This document shows, piece after piece, positions 15,001 to 27,561 of a DNA stretch of 64,000 nt. The stretch is taken from NCBI GenBank assembly GCA_040954595.2, contig CM082592.2, positions 11,044,017 through 11,108,016 on the forward strand. The letters are read 5' to 3'. The first letter of the stretch is position 1, and each line of letters begins with the position of its first letter. Both the position numbers and the translations under genes were made by a program. The notes under the pieces are model-generated. The model was not told where the DNA came from. It made no database searches and saw only the letters and a list, made by a program, of their open reading frames with translations. This DNA is from Balanoglossus misakiensis. Taxonomy: Eukaryota > Animalia > Hemichordata.

Positions 15001-18000
15001 GGTTATAGCTCAGGAAAATCGTCAAAAAATGACAATTTTTCGACTTTGGGGAATTTCAAAATTTGTCTAATTTTTGAAAAAATCATGGGTTATAGCTCAG
15101 GAAAATCGTCAAAAAATGACAATTTTTCGACTTTGGGGAATTTCAAAATTTGGCCGATTTTTGAAAAAATCATGGGTTATAGCGCAGGAAAATCGTCAAA
15201 AAATGACAATTTTTCGACTTTGGGGAATTTCAAAATTTGGCCGATTTTTGAAAAAATCATGGGTTATTGTTCAGGAAAATCGTCAAAAAATGACAATTTT
15301 TCGACTTTGGGGAATTTCAAAATTTGGCCGATTTTTGAAAAAATCATGGGTTATAGCTCAGGAAAATCGTCAAAAAATGACAATTTTTCGACTTTGGGGA
15401 ATTTCAAAATTTGGCCGATTTTTGAAAAAATCATGGGTTATAGCTCAGGAAAATCGTCAAAAAATGACAATTTTTCGACTTTGGGGAATTTCAAAATTTG
15501 GCCGATTTTTGAAAAAATCATAGGTTATAGCTCAGGAAAATCGTCAAAAAATGAAAATTTTTCGACTTTGGGGAATTTCAAAATTTGGCCGATTTTTGAA
15601 AAAATCATGGGTTATAGCTCAGGAAAATCGTCAAAAAATGACAATTTTTCGACTTTGGGGAATTTCAAAATTTGTCCGATTTTTGAAAAAATCATGGGTT
15701 ATAGCTCAGGAAAATCGTCAAAAAATGACAATTTTTCGACTTTGGGGAATTTCAAAATTTGTCCGATTTTTGAAAAAATCATGGGTTATAGCTCAGGAAA
15801 ATCGTCAAAAAAAATGACAATTTTTCGACTTTGGGGAATTTCAAAATTTGTCCGATTTTTGAAAAAATCATGGGTTATAGCTCAGGAAAATCGTCAAAAA
15901 ATGACAATTTTTCGACTTTGGGGAATTTCAAAATTTGTCTAATTTTTGAAAAAATCATGGGTTATAGCTCAGGAAAATCGTCAAAAAATGACAATTTTTC
16001 GACTTTGGGGAATTTCAAAATTTGGCCGATTTTTGAAAAAATCATGGGTTATAGCGCAGGAAAATCGTCAAAAAATGACAATTTTTCGACTTTGGGGAAT
16101 TTCAAAATTTGGCCGATTTTTGAAAAAATCATGGGTTATTGTTCAGGAAAATCGTCAAAAAATGACAATTTTTCGACTTTGGGGAATTTCAAAATTTGGC
16201 CGATTTTTGAAAAAATCATGGGTTATAGCTCAGGAAAATCGTCAAAAAATGACAATTTTTCGACTTTGGGGAATTTCAAAATTTGGCCGATTTTTGAAAA
16301 AATCATGGGTTATAGCTCAGGAAAATCGTCAAAAAATGACAATTTTTCGACTTTGGGGAATTTCAAAATTTGGCCGATTTTTGACAAAATCATGGGTTAT
16401 AGCTCAGGAAAATCGTCAAAAAATGACAATTTTTCGACTTTGGGGAATTTCAAAATTTGGCCGATTTTTGAAAAAATCATGGGTTATAGCTCAGGAAAAT
16501 CGTCAAAAATTGACAATTTTTCGACTTTGGGGAATTTCAAAATTTGTCCGATTTTTGAAAAAATCATGGGTTATAGCTCAGGAAAATCGTCAAAAAATGA
16601 CAATTTTTCGACTTTGGGGAATTTCAAAATTTGGCCGATTTTTGAAAAAATCATGGGTTATAGCTCAGGAAAATCGTCAAAAAATGACAATTTTTCGACT
16701 TTGGGGAATTTCAAAATTTGGCCGATTTTTGAAAAAATCATGGGTTATAGCTCAGGAAAATCGTCAAAAAATGACAATTTTTCGACTTTGGGGAATTTCA
16801 AAATTTGTCCGATTTTTGAAAAAATCATGGGTTATAGCTCAGGAAAATCGTCAAAAAATGACAATTTTTCGACTTTGGGGAATTTCAAAATTTGGCCGAT
16901 TTTTGAAAAAATCATGGGTTATAGCTCAGGAAAATCGTCAAAAAATGACAATTTTTCGACTTTGGGGAATTTCAAAATTTGGCCGATTTTTGAAAAAATC
17001 ATGGGTTATAGCTCAGGAAAATCGTCAAAAAATGACAATTTTTCGACTTTGGGGAATTTAGAAATTTGTCCGATTTTTGAAAAAATCATGGGTTATAGCT
17101 CAGGAAAATCGTCAAAAAATGACAATTTTTCGACTTTGGGGAATTTCAAAATGTGTCCGATTTTTGAAAAAATCATGGGTTATAGCTCAGGAAAATCGTC
17201 AAAAAATGACAATTTTTCGACTTTGGGGAATTTCAAAATTTGTCCGATTTTTGAAAAAATCATGGGTTATATCTCAGGAAAATCGTCAAAAAATGACAAT
17301 TTTTCGACTTTGGGGAATTTCAAAATTTGTCCGATTTTTGAAAAAATCATGGGTTATAGCTCAGGAAAATCGTCAAAAAATGACAATTTTTCGACTTTGG
17401 GGAATTTCAAATTTTGGCCGATTTTTGAAAAAATCATGGGTTATAGCTCAGGAAAATCGTCAAAAAATGACAAATTTTCGACTTTGGGGAATTTCAAAAT
17501 TTGTCCGATTTTTGAAAAAATCATGGGTTATAGCTCAGGAAAATCGTCAAAAAATGACAAATTTTCGACTTTGGGGAATTTCAAAATTTGGCCGATTTTT
17601 GAAAAAATCATGGGTTATAGCTCAGGAAAATCGTCAAAAAATGACAATTTTTCGACTTTGGGGAATTTCAAAATTTGGCCGATTTTTGAAAAAATCATGG
17701 GTTATAGCTCAGGAAAATCGTCAAAAATTGACAATTTTTCGACTTTGGGGAATTTCAAAATTTGTCCGATTTTTGAAAAAATCATGGGTTATAGCTCAGG
17801 AAAATCGTCAAAAAATGACAATTTTTCGACTTTGGGGAATTTCAAAATTTGGCCGATTTTTGAAAAAATCATGGGTTATAGCTCAGGAAAATCGTCAAAA
17901 AATGACAATTTTTCGACTTTGGGGAATTTCAAAATTTGGCCGATTTTTGAAAAAATCATGGGTTATAGCTCAGGAAAATCGTCAAAAAATGACAATTTTT

Positions 18001-21000
18001 CGACTTTGGGGAATTTCAAAATTTGTCCGATTTTTGAAAAAATCATGGGTTATAGCTCAGGAAAATCGTCAAAAAATGACAATTTTTCGACTTTGGGGAA
18101 TTTCAAAATTTGGCCGATTTTTGAAAAAATCATGGGTTATAGCTCAGGAAAATCGTCAAAAAATGACAATTTTTCGACTTTGGGGAATTTCAAAATTTGG
18201 CCGATTTTTGAAAAAATCATGGGTTATAGCTCAGGAAAATCGTCAAAAAATGACAATTTTTCGACTTTGGGGAATTTAGAAATTTGTCCGATTTTTGAAA
18301 AAATCATGGGTTATAGCTCAGGAAAATCGTCAAAAAATGACAATTTTTCAACTTTGGGGAATTTCAAAATGTGTCCGATTTTTGAAAAAATCATGGGTTA
18401 TAGCTCAGGAAAATCGTCAAAAAATGACAATTTTTCGACTTTGGGGAATTTCAAAATTTGTCCGATTTTTGAAAAAAATCATGGGTTATATCTCAGGAAA
18501 ATCGTCAAAAAATGACAATTTTTCGACTTTGGGGAATTTCAAAATTTGTCCGATTTTTGAAAAAATCATGGGTTATAGCTCAGGAAAATCGTCAAAAAAT
18601 GACAATTTTTCGACTTTGGGGAATTTCAAATTTTGGCCGATTTTTGAAAAAATCATGGGTTATAGCTCAGGAAAATCGTCAAAAAATGACAAATTTTCGA
18701 CTTTGGGGAATTTCAAAATTTGTCCGATTTTTGAAAAAATCATGGGTTATAGCTCAGGAAAATCGTCAAAAAATGACAAATTTTCGACTTTGGGGAATTT
18801 CAAAATTTGGCCGATTTTTGAAAAAATCATGGGTTATAGCTCAGGAAAATCGTCAAAAAATGACAATTTTTCGACTTTGGGGAATTTCAAAATTTGTCCG
18901 ATTTTTGAAAAAATCATGGGTTATAGCTCAGGAAAATCGTCAAAAAATGACAATTTTTCGACTTTGGGGAATTTCAAAATTTGTCCGATTTTTGAAAAAA
19001 TCATGGGTTATAGCTCAGGAAAATCGTCAAAAAATGACAATTTTTCGACTTTGGGGAATTTCAAAATTTGTCCGATTTTTGAAAAAATCATGGGTTATAG
19101 CTCAGGAAAATCGTCAAAAAATGACAATTTTTCGACTTTGGGGAATTTCAAAATTTGTCCGATTTTTGAAAAAATCATGGGTTATAGCTCAGGAAAATCG
19201 TCAAAAAATGACAATTTTTCGGCTTTGGGGAATTTTAAAATTTGACCGATTTTTGAAAAAATCATGGGTTATAGCTCAGGAAAATCGTCAAAAAATGACA
19301 ATTTTTCGACTTTGGGGAATTTCAAAATTTGGCCGATTTTTGAAAAAATCATGGGTTATAGCTCAGGAAAATCGTCAAAAAATGACAATTTTTCGACTTT
19401 GGGGAATTTCAAAATTTGGCCGATTTATGAAAAAATCATGGGTTATAGCTCAGGAAAATCGTCAAAAAATGACAATTTTTCGACTTTGGGGAATTTCAAA
19501 ATTTGGCCGATTTATGAAAAAATCATGGGTTATAGCTCAGGAAAATCGTCAAAAAATGACAATTTTTCGACTTTGGGGAATTTCAAAATTTGGCCGATAT
19601 TTGAAAAAATCATGGGTTATAGCTCAGGAAAATCGTCAAAAAATGACAATTTTTCGACTTTGGGGAATTTCAAAATTTGGCCGATTTTTGAAAAAATCAT
19701 GGGTTATAGCTCAGGAAAATCGTCAAAAAATGAAAATTTTTCGACTTTGGGGAATTTCAAAATTTGGCCGATTTTTGAAAAAATCATGGGTTATAGCTCA
19801 GGAAAATCGTCAAAAAATGACAATTTTTCGACTTTGGGGAATTTCAAAATTTGTCCGATTTTTGAAAAAATCATGGGTTATAGCTCAGGAAAATCGTCAA
19901 AAAATGACAATTTTTCGACTTTGGGGAATTTCAAAATTTGTCCGATTTTTGAAAAAATCATGGGTTATAGCTCAGGAAAATCGTCAAAAAAAATGACAAT
20001 TTTTCGACTTTGGGGAATTTCAAAATTTGTCCGATTTTTGAAAAAATCATGGGTTATAGCTCAGGAAAATCGTCAAAAAATGACAATTTTTCGACTTTGG
20101 GGAATTTCAAAATTTTTCTAATTTTTGAAAAAATCATGGGTTATAGCTCAGGAAAATCGTCAAAAAATGACAATTTTTCGACTTTGGGGAATTTCAAAAT
20201 TTGGCCGATTTTTGAAAAAATCATGGGTTATAGCGCAGGAAAATCGTCAAAAAATGACAATTTTTCGACTTTGGGGAATTTCAAAATTTGGCCGATTTTT
20301 GAAAAAATCATGGGTTATTGTTCAGGAAAATCGTCAAAAAATGACAATTTTTCGACTTTGGGGAATTTCAAAATTTGGCCGATTTTTGAAAAAATCATGG
20401 GTTATAGCTCAGGAAAATCGTCAAAAAATGACAATTTTTCGACTTTGGGGAATTTCAAAATTTGGCCGATTTTTGAAAAAATCATGGGTTATAGCTCAGG
20501 AAAATCGTCAAAAAATGACAATTTTTCGACTTTGGGGAATTTCAAAATTTGGCCGATTTTTGACAAAATCATGGGTTATAGCTCAGGAAAATCGTCAAAA
20601 AATGACAATTTTTCGACTTTGGGGAATTTCAAAATTTGGCCGATTTTTGAAAAAATCATGGGTTATAGCTCAGGAAAATCGTCAAAAATTGACAATTTTT
20701 CGACTTTGGGGAATTTCAAAATTTGTCCGATTTTTGAAAAAATCATGGGTTATAGCTCAGGAAAATCGTCAAAAAATGACAATTTTTCGACTTTGGGGAA
20801 TTTCAAAATTTGGCCGATTTTTGAAAAAATCATGGGTTATAGCTCAGGAAAATCGTCAAAAAATGACAATTTTTCGACTTTGGGGAATTTCAAAATTTGG
20901 CCGATTTTTGAAAAAATCATGGGTTATAGCTCAGGAAAATCGTCAAAAAATGACAATTTTTCGACTTTGGGGAATTTCAAAATTTGTCCGATTTTTGAAA

Positions 21001-23068
21001 AAATCATGGGTTATAGCTCAGGAAAATCGTCAAAAAATGACAATTTTTCGACTTTGGGGAATTTCAAAATTTGGCCGATTTTTGAAAAAATCATGGGTTA
21101 TAGCTCAGGAAAATCGTCAAAAAATGACAATTTTTCGACTTTGGGGAATTTCAAAATTTGGCCGATTTTTGAAAAAATCATGGGTTATAGCTCAGGAAAA
21201 TCGTCAAAAAATGACAATTTTTCGACTTTGGGGAATTTCAAAATTTGTCCGATTTTTGAAAAAATCATGGGTTATAGCTCAGGAAAATCGTCAAAAAATG
21301 ACAATTTTTCGACTTTGGGGAATTTCAAAATGTGTCCGATTTTTGAAAAAATCATGGGTTATAGCTCAGGAAAATCGTCAAAAAATGACAATTTTTCGAC
21401 TTTGGGGAATTTCAAAATTTGTCCGATTTTTGAAAAAATCATGGGTTATATCTCAGGAAAATCGTCAAAAAATGACAATTTTTCGACTTTGGGGAATTTC
21501 AAAATTTGTCCGATTTTTGAAAAAATCATGGGTTATAGCTCAGGAAAATCGTCAAAAAATGACAATTTTTCGACTTTGGGGAATTTCAAAATTTGGCCGA
21601 TTTTTGAAAAAATCATGGGTTATAGCTCAGGAAAATCGTCAAAAAATGACAATTTTTCGACTTTGGGGAATTTCAAAATTTGGCCGATTTTTGAAAAAAT
21701 CATGGGTTATAGCTCAGGAAAATCGTCAAAAAATGACAATTTTTCGACTTTGGGGAATTTCAAAATTTGGCCGATTTTTGAAAAAATCATGGGTTATAGC
21801 TCAGGAAAATCGTCAAAAAATGACAATTTTTCGACTTTGGGGAATTTCAAAATTTGGCCGATTTTTGAAAAAATCATGGGTTATAGCTCAGGAAAATCGT
21901 CAGAAAATGACAATTTTTCGACTTTGGGGAATTTCAAAATTTGGCCGATTTTTGAAAAAATCATGGGTTATAGCTCAGGAAAATCGTCAGAAAATGACAA
22001 TTTTTCGACTTTGGGGAATTTCAAAATTTGGCCGATTTTTGAAAAAATCATGGGTTATAGCTCAGGAAAATCGTCAAAAAATGACAATTTTTCGACTTTG
22101 GGGAATTTCAAAATGTGTCCGATTTTTGAAAAAATCATGGGTTATAGCTCAGGAAAATCGTCAAAAAATGACAATTTTTCGACTTTGGGGAATTTCAAAA
22201 TTTGTCCGATTTTTGAAAAAATCATGGGTTATATCTCAGGAAAATCGTCAAAAAATGACAATTTTTCGACTTTGGGGAATTTCAAAATTTGTCCGATTTT
22301 TGAAAAAATCATGGGTTATAGCTCAGGAAAATCGTCAAAAAATGACAATTTTTCGACTTTGGGGAATTTCAAAATTTGGCCGATTTTTGAAAAAATCATG
22401 GGTTATAGCTCAGGAAAATCGTCAAAAAATGACAATTTTTCGACTTTGGGGAATTTCAAAATTTGGCCGATTTTTGAAAAAATCATGGGTTATAGCTCAG
22501 GAAAATCGTCAAAAAATGACAATTTTTCGACTTTGGGGAATTTCAAAATTTGGCCGATTTTTGAAAAAATCATGGGTTATAGCTCAGGAAAATCGTCAAA
22601 AAATGACAATTTTTCGACTTTGGGGAATTTCAAAATTTGGCCGATTTTTGAAAAAATCATGGGTTATAGCTCAGGAAAATCGTCAGAAAATGACAATTTT
22701 TCGACTTTGGGGAATTTCAAAATTTGGCCGATTTTTGAAAAAATCATGGGTTATAGCTCAGGAAAATCGTCAGAAAATGACAATTTTTCGACTTTGGGGA
22801 ATTTCAAAATTTGGCCGATTTTTGAAAAAATCATGGGTTATAGCTCAGGAAAATCGTCAAAAATTGACAATTTTTCGACTTTGGGGAATTTCAAAATTTG
22901 GCCGATTTTTGAAAAAATCATGGGTTATAGCTCAGGAAAATCGTCAAAAAATGACAATTTTTCGACTTTGGGGAATTTCAAAATTTGGCCGATTTTTGAA
23001 AAAATCATGGGTTATAGCTCAGGAAAATCGTCAAAAATGACAATTTTTCGACTTTGGGGAATTTCAAA
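1..23068. repeat. 87-bp tandem satellite DNA array, homogeneous core (~265 units, truncated by window start)
   Basis: Consensus AAATTTG(G/T)CCGATTTTTGAAAAAATCATGGGTTATAGCTCAGGAAAATCGTCAAAAAATGACAATTTTTCGACTTTGGGGAATTTCA repeated head-to-tail without spacers; units usually differ by 0-3 bases; 29-aa periodicity in the ORF track confirms the 87-bp period. Confidence 0.99.
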
Positions 23069-23361
23069 ATTTCTTCGATTTTTGATAAAAATCATGGGTT
23101 ATAGCTCGGGAAAATCGTCAGAAAATGACGATTTTTCGACTTTCCGAAATATCAAAATTTCTTCGATTTTCGATAAAAATCATGGGTTATAGCTCATGAA
23201 AATCATCAGAAAATGACGATTTTTCGACTTTCCGAAATTTCAAAATTTCTTCGATTTTTGATAAAAATCATGGGTTAAAGCTCATGAATTGAAAATCATC
23301 AGAAAATGACGATTTTTCGACATTTTTCATGAGTTATAACCCATGAAAAATGTCAAAAAAT
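23069..23361. repeat. Divergent edge units of the satellite (about 3 copies) ending in a ~50-bp palindrome
   Basis: Units share diagnostic changes absent or rare in the core (CTTCGA, GATAAAAA, CAGAAAA, GACGAT, TTCCGAA). Palindrome 23312-23361 is centred on GTTA|TAAC with 23 of 25 pairs matching. Confidence 0.9.
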
Positions 23362-23951
23362 GACAGATTCTTGTCGTTTTGGCATGTTAATATCATAGGC
23401 ATGGATAATAACTCACACGTGCTCAAAAAATAACGAAAACTTGCATTTGTGAATTCTCGCCATTTTCGCATTTTAATGTCATATACATGGATTATACTCA
23501 TACATCCCATAAACTAAAATAGACGATTGTAAAGACGGACATGCGACAGAAACCCATGAAAAGCATAAAAAGATTTCAAGTTTATAGATGAATACAAATA
23601 TGCAGTTCTTGGTTATCAAATTCCATAGCCTTACATGTAGAATGTTGAGAAAACAGTGTTACAATATTTTCATTTCTTGAAATTATCACAAAATGTGCCA
23701 AAAGAGGTCTGGAGTATTATTGTATGATATAAAGCAAACGCTATGTCACCGCGCTTGATTTGTAATAGAGATCTTCAGATATTTTCACCATGGGAAAACT
23801 ATAGCACTGAGCAAGTAGCACGAGAACTCATTGTTTTCTCTCTATGTTTGTTTTTAACATTCATTGATAAACATTAAGAAAATGACAATATTCTAACTTT
23901 TCTTAAGTAGTCATCTATACTTATTGCATTCATTCTGCTTTTAACTAACAG

Positions 23952-25590
23952 ACGTGACAGCTGTGGTTGTGATGGCGCTGTCTTGTGTTCGGGACAAAAC
24001 AGATCTCTTCGTCGACGACATCTTACAAAGGGCTGTGGAAAAGTTGATCTCTACACAACAAGCTGATGGTTCCTTTGGTAACATTAACACCAATGCGTTG
24101 GTAGCACAGGTAGGGAAAATGAAAATCAAACCATAATTGTGATTAATAGAAATTATGAGGACTAGAACGAATTTAAGGTATTTTCTTACAGAATCGCAAA
24201 TTTTGAGTACTGAAAGCAATGTTTCAAGGAAACTGACATATAAAACCCACTGGCAGACAATATGGATTTAACTTGAAATGTTCTACCTCTACATTACACG
24301 TAGGCCCTCAGTGCAGCTGGTGCAGATCCAACGAACTGGCGATGTTCTGACGTCATGCAGCTGATCTTGGCAGAACAAGACACATCCGGGGCGTTTGGTA
24401 GACCAGTTCTGACAACAATGCAAGTTCTGCCCTCTCTGAATGGTGCAAACTTTGGTCAGATAGACAACTCAGCTTGTCCCGTTGAAGAAGGTATTCACTC
24501 CAGCCGATCTTCCGTTGCAGTTCTCCAGGCACACTAAAAAAGAAGTTACATCAGGCTACAATATCCTTGAAAACAAATGACACCAAGAACACAAACAGAA
24601 TCAAAGTTCTTGATGGTTGATCATGTTTTTATGGGCTTTTTTGTAGTGGTGGAACCGACTGATGTTGCCAGTGACGGTCAACTCATCTCGATGTCGCTGA
24701 CTGTGATTAATAATCAAGAATCGGGTCGTCTGGGGTCGTACCAGACCTCGATAGTCAAGGGCACGAACCTCTACAACGCCATGCTGAAGATCGAGGAGGA
24801 AACAAGCTTTGTGTAAATATCGTAGCTATTGAGAGTAGTGTTGGGGTTAAAGGTCAGATGACAGAGCAGCGCCAAGTGACTCTAAATTCTTTTCTTTCCT
24901 TTGTACGTTTGCGGTTGTCATGTGACATGTGTCTCCTTTATCTTCTGTGGATGTCCTGAATTTCATTCCTCGGCCGCACAGCCAACTCTTTCTCCAGCAC
25001 AACCTGCAAAATTTGGGAAAGTAACAATATGTTTGTATTTACTGGGATGAAGAAGACATTTCGACCATTATATTCCGTATATTCGTGGCCGTTTTAACTT
25101 CTGGTCTTGTAGACTTGTAGAAGCCAAAATGCGGTCCAACGAATGCGGTCATCACAAATGATATTTAAACCCTAACTTTCAATTCATATTTTCAGATTTG
25201 AAGCAGCCGAGAGCGCATGGGGTCACTCCATAGAAATGATCTTTGGTGTCTGGGCAGACCCACAGAATGAGATGTTTTGGGCCATCTACAATTACTCGGA
25301 GCCTTTACAAACAGGTATTTACAGTACTTGTCATATGTTCAAAATCTGTATCATTTTGAACTCCCACTACCACCCCGGCCCCCAACCCAGAGTTTAACCA
25401 ATTACAGCAGTGCTGAGCCGAATTGCCAATTGGAATGCCCGTACTACATGGTAGAAGTGGGAATAAAGTAACTATTTCGTGTGTTTCTTTTCTACTTTTC
25501 TCCGATCCGGCAGGTGTGGATGGTTACATTCCGAGAAACGGTGACAATATTTACTTCAGATACACCAGCTACAGCGACTTCCATCATTAG
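23952..25590 (+). CDS. Cobalamin-binding protein, transcobalamin/intrinsic factor-like, paralog 1; 5'-partial (last five exons, ~235 aa)
   Basis: Exons 23952-24109, 24304-24490, 24647-24812, 25196-25314, 25514-25590 join in frame via GT-AG introns (phases 0,1,2,1). Peptides DVTAVVVMALSC, QQADGSFGNINTNALVAQAL, TMQVLPSLNG fit the alpha6-alpha6 barrel; FEAAESAWGHSIEMIFGV..FWAIY..GVDGYIPRNGDNIYFRY fits the beta (DUF4430-type) domain. Confidence 0.88.
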
Positions 25591-25634
25591 ACTTGAAACC
25601 CTATGGAAGACTGCCCTCAGACGGCTGAGCTACC

Positions 25635-25640
25635 AATAAA
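25635..25640 (+). terminator. Candidate polyadenylation signal of paralog 1 (second AATAAA at 25844-25849)
   Basis: AATAAA 45 nt after the stop codon; the distal copy is followed by a GT/T-rich tract near 25880-25906. Confidence 0.45.
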
Positions 25641-27519
25641 GACAAAAATATCAAAACAACTGCTGGAACAGTGACCATATTTGATATTATACTATAGGTT
25701 TTATTATAATCAAGGATGCAAACTCTGTGGAAGGACGCCCTCGTGCGACCAATAATGAATTTCTGAACCACAGAGCCCGGCACATTCATTTGTATTCGGG
25801 GAAAAAGCTGATGTATTTCACTTATATGTATTCACAATAGACCAATAAAAATGATTATATGAAGAGAACCATTCGTCGATCTTTGTTGCAAAGTTTGTTT
25901 GTTTTTAGGGAGTGAGGAAAGTTCCACGTGAGCCCCACAAAGCCAAGCTGAAACATTTTGCATTTTTTCTGAGGGTCTGTATCAAGATATCAGGGAATAG
26001 GGCTGGAAAATTTTGTACAAAGAAGTTGCCTGCCAACTCAACTGTAAACCACCCCCGCCCCACCTAAATGTAAGTTCTGACAAGTCACATGAGATGCAAG
26101 GTTAAAGTTCAACAGCAATGTGCATTCGACCTCAGCAGGGAATTGAAACCTGTCCGCACTACCATGAGGGAACCACAGAAAAAAAGATTAAAGGCAACCT
26201 TAATATAAAAGGAAATTAGTTTCGCAATTTGCTGTCAATATCATCGCAGGTAATTTTTCTATTTCCGTGCTGCTGTCAATATGAATTATTCATGACTGGT
26301 GTGTTCTTGCTTCCACCTGAGTGCGGGTTTTGTTCATTTTAATATTACTGTCCTGTGACGTCGTAATGGAAGAAAACATTCTGAACGTCAAGTCGATGAC
26401 GTCAGAACTGTGCCACACGACATTGACAAATACTATGAATTGTTCAAGTTATACAACTGTTGTACTTTTCTGACATACAAGTTTGCGCTCATTCTCGATT
26501 TTCTGAATAGAGTTAGTACTATCAAAAATGTGTAAATATTCTTATACAATATATATATATAATGCTGCAGAGAAACTGAGTTAGATTTCATTTTTTTCAG
26601 AACAGATGACCTAGTTAGAATTTTCATTAAAATGATTCAAACGCACAAATCATTATGTCAATAAAGGTAGTTCAATTTTACTAAATTAGTCGTGTGACAT
26701 GACACGGCAGTACTTCATTGATATTCTGCAGACATATCGAAAACGCGTGACATTCTTTTCAACAGAAACGCGGATCTTTTATCATCAACCTTAACAATTA
26801 ACAACCGTTTTGTGTGTGTTTTCATCTCACTCCAGGGTCTATTTTATTTTTTTAGAAAGCTTTGCAAAATAGAACCAGTTGTGACATACCACATACACTG
26901 CGAGAGGACCAATTCTGACGTGTCGCACATTGCCCCGTGTTACGAGAGAAACCTCTTCTGTTCAACAATGGTGTTCGAACGCAGGAAATGGAGCGTGTAT
27001 GTTCTCGTCCGAAAGCCTTTACCGCACCGAGTCTCGCGAGATCAATGCATAAAAGAGGTCGTTGATTGCTCTGGGTATTAAAAGCTCACTGGAAATTATT
27101 TGTTTGTTCCATTTATTGTCATGAAAATTCTTGTCTCCGCGAAGAACTGTCAATAAACCGTGAAGTCACGTCTCAAAAGGGGCGTCTATCGATTGTTGAT
27201 GGCCGCCTATCCGTGTATCCATCGTTTCCATTGTCAGTACGCCTGAGAAATACCAGTAGCTCACGTTCGTGTTCTTGTGACAAGACACCACCTACACGGG
27301 GATCTGGTTGCCAGCGCTTCGGGAACTGACGGACGGGGTCTCCGAAGTTCGAGGACGTTTTAACAGCCGTGAGCTGTCGCGGCGAAAATGCAAATTAACA
27401 TTTATTAGCGAGGAACGGTGTGCGAAACACGGAGTGCTCCGGTGCTGGGGGAAATTACTATCGGGAGACCCGCGCGGAATCCCAGAAAACACGAAAGGTA
27501 ATCGCAAAGATATTCCGCG

Positions 27520-27561
27520 ATGTTGGGTACACGGAAACAGATGAAGGTGGAGAGTTCCAGG
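27520..27561 (+). other. Candidate first coding mini-exon (MLGTRKQMKVESSR), phase 0
   Basis: GC-rich region 27290-27560 ends in a strong donor AGG|GTGAGT; in-frame ATGs at 27520 and 27541. Another frame is also open, so the reading is ambiguous. Confidence 0.3.

Noticed and set aside
1-23068. CRISPR array or telomeric repeat
   Set aside because: No unique spacers, no cas genes, eukaryotic context; the unit is far longer than a telomerase repeat.
16-23192. Very long repetitive ORFs (MKKSWVIAQENRQ.. / MGYSSGKSSKND..) as giant repeat proteins
   Set aside because: 87 is divisible by 3 and two frames happen to lack stops; variants introduce stops and frameshifts in both frames with no sign of codon-level constraint.
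26118-26175. tRNA or tRNA-derived SINE on the minus strand (GTTTCAATTCCC, B-box-like)
   Set aside because: No cloverleaf or convincing A box; too degenerate to call.
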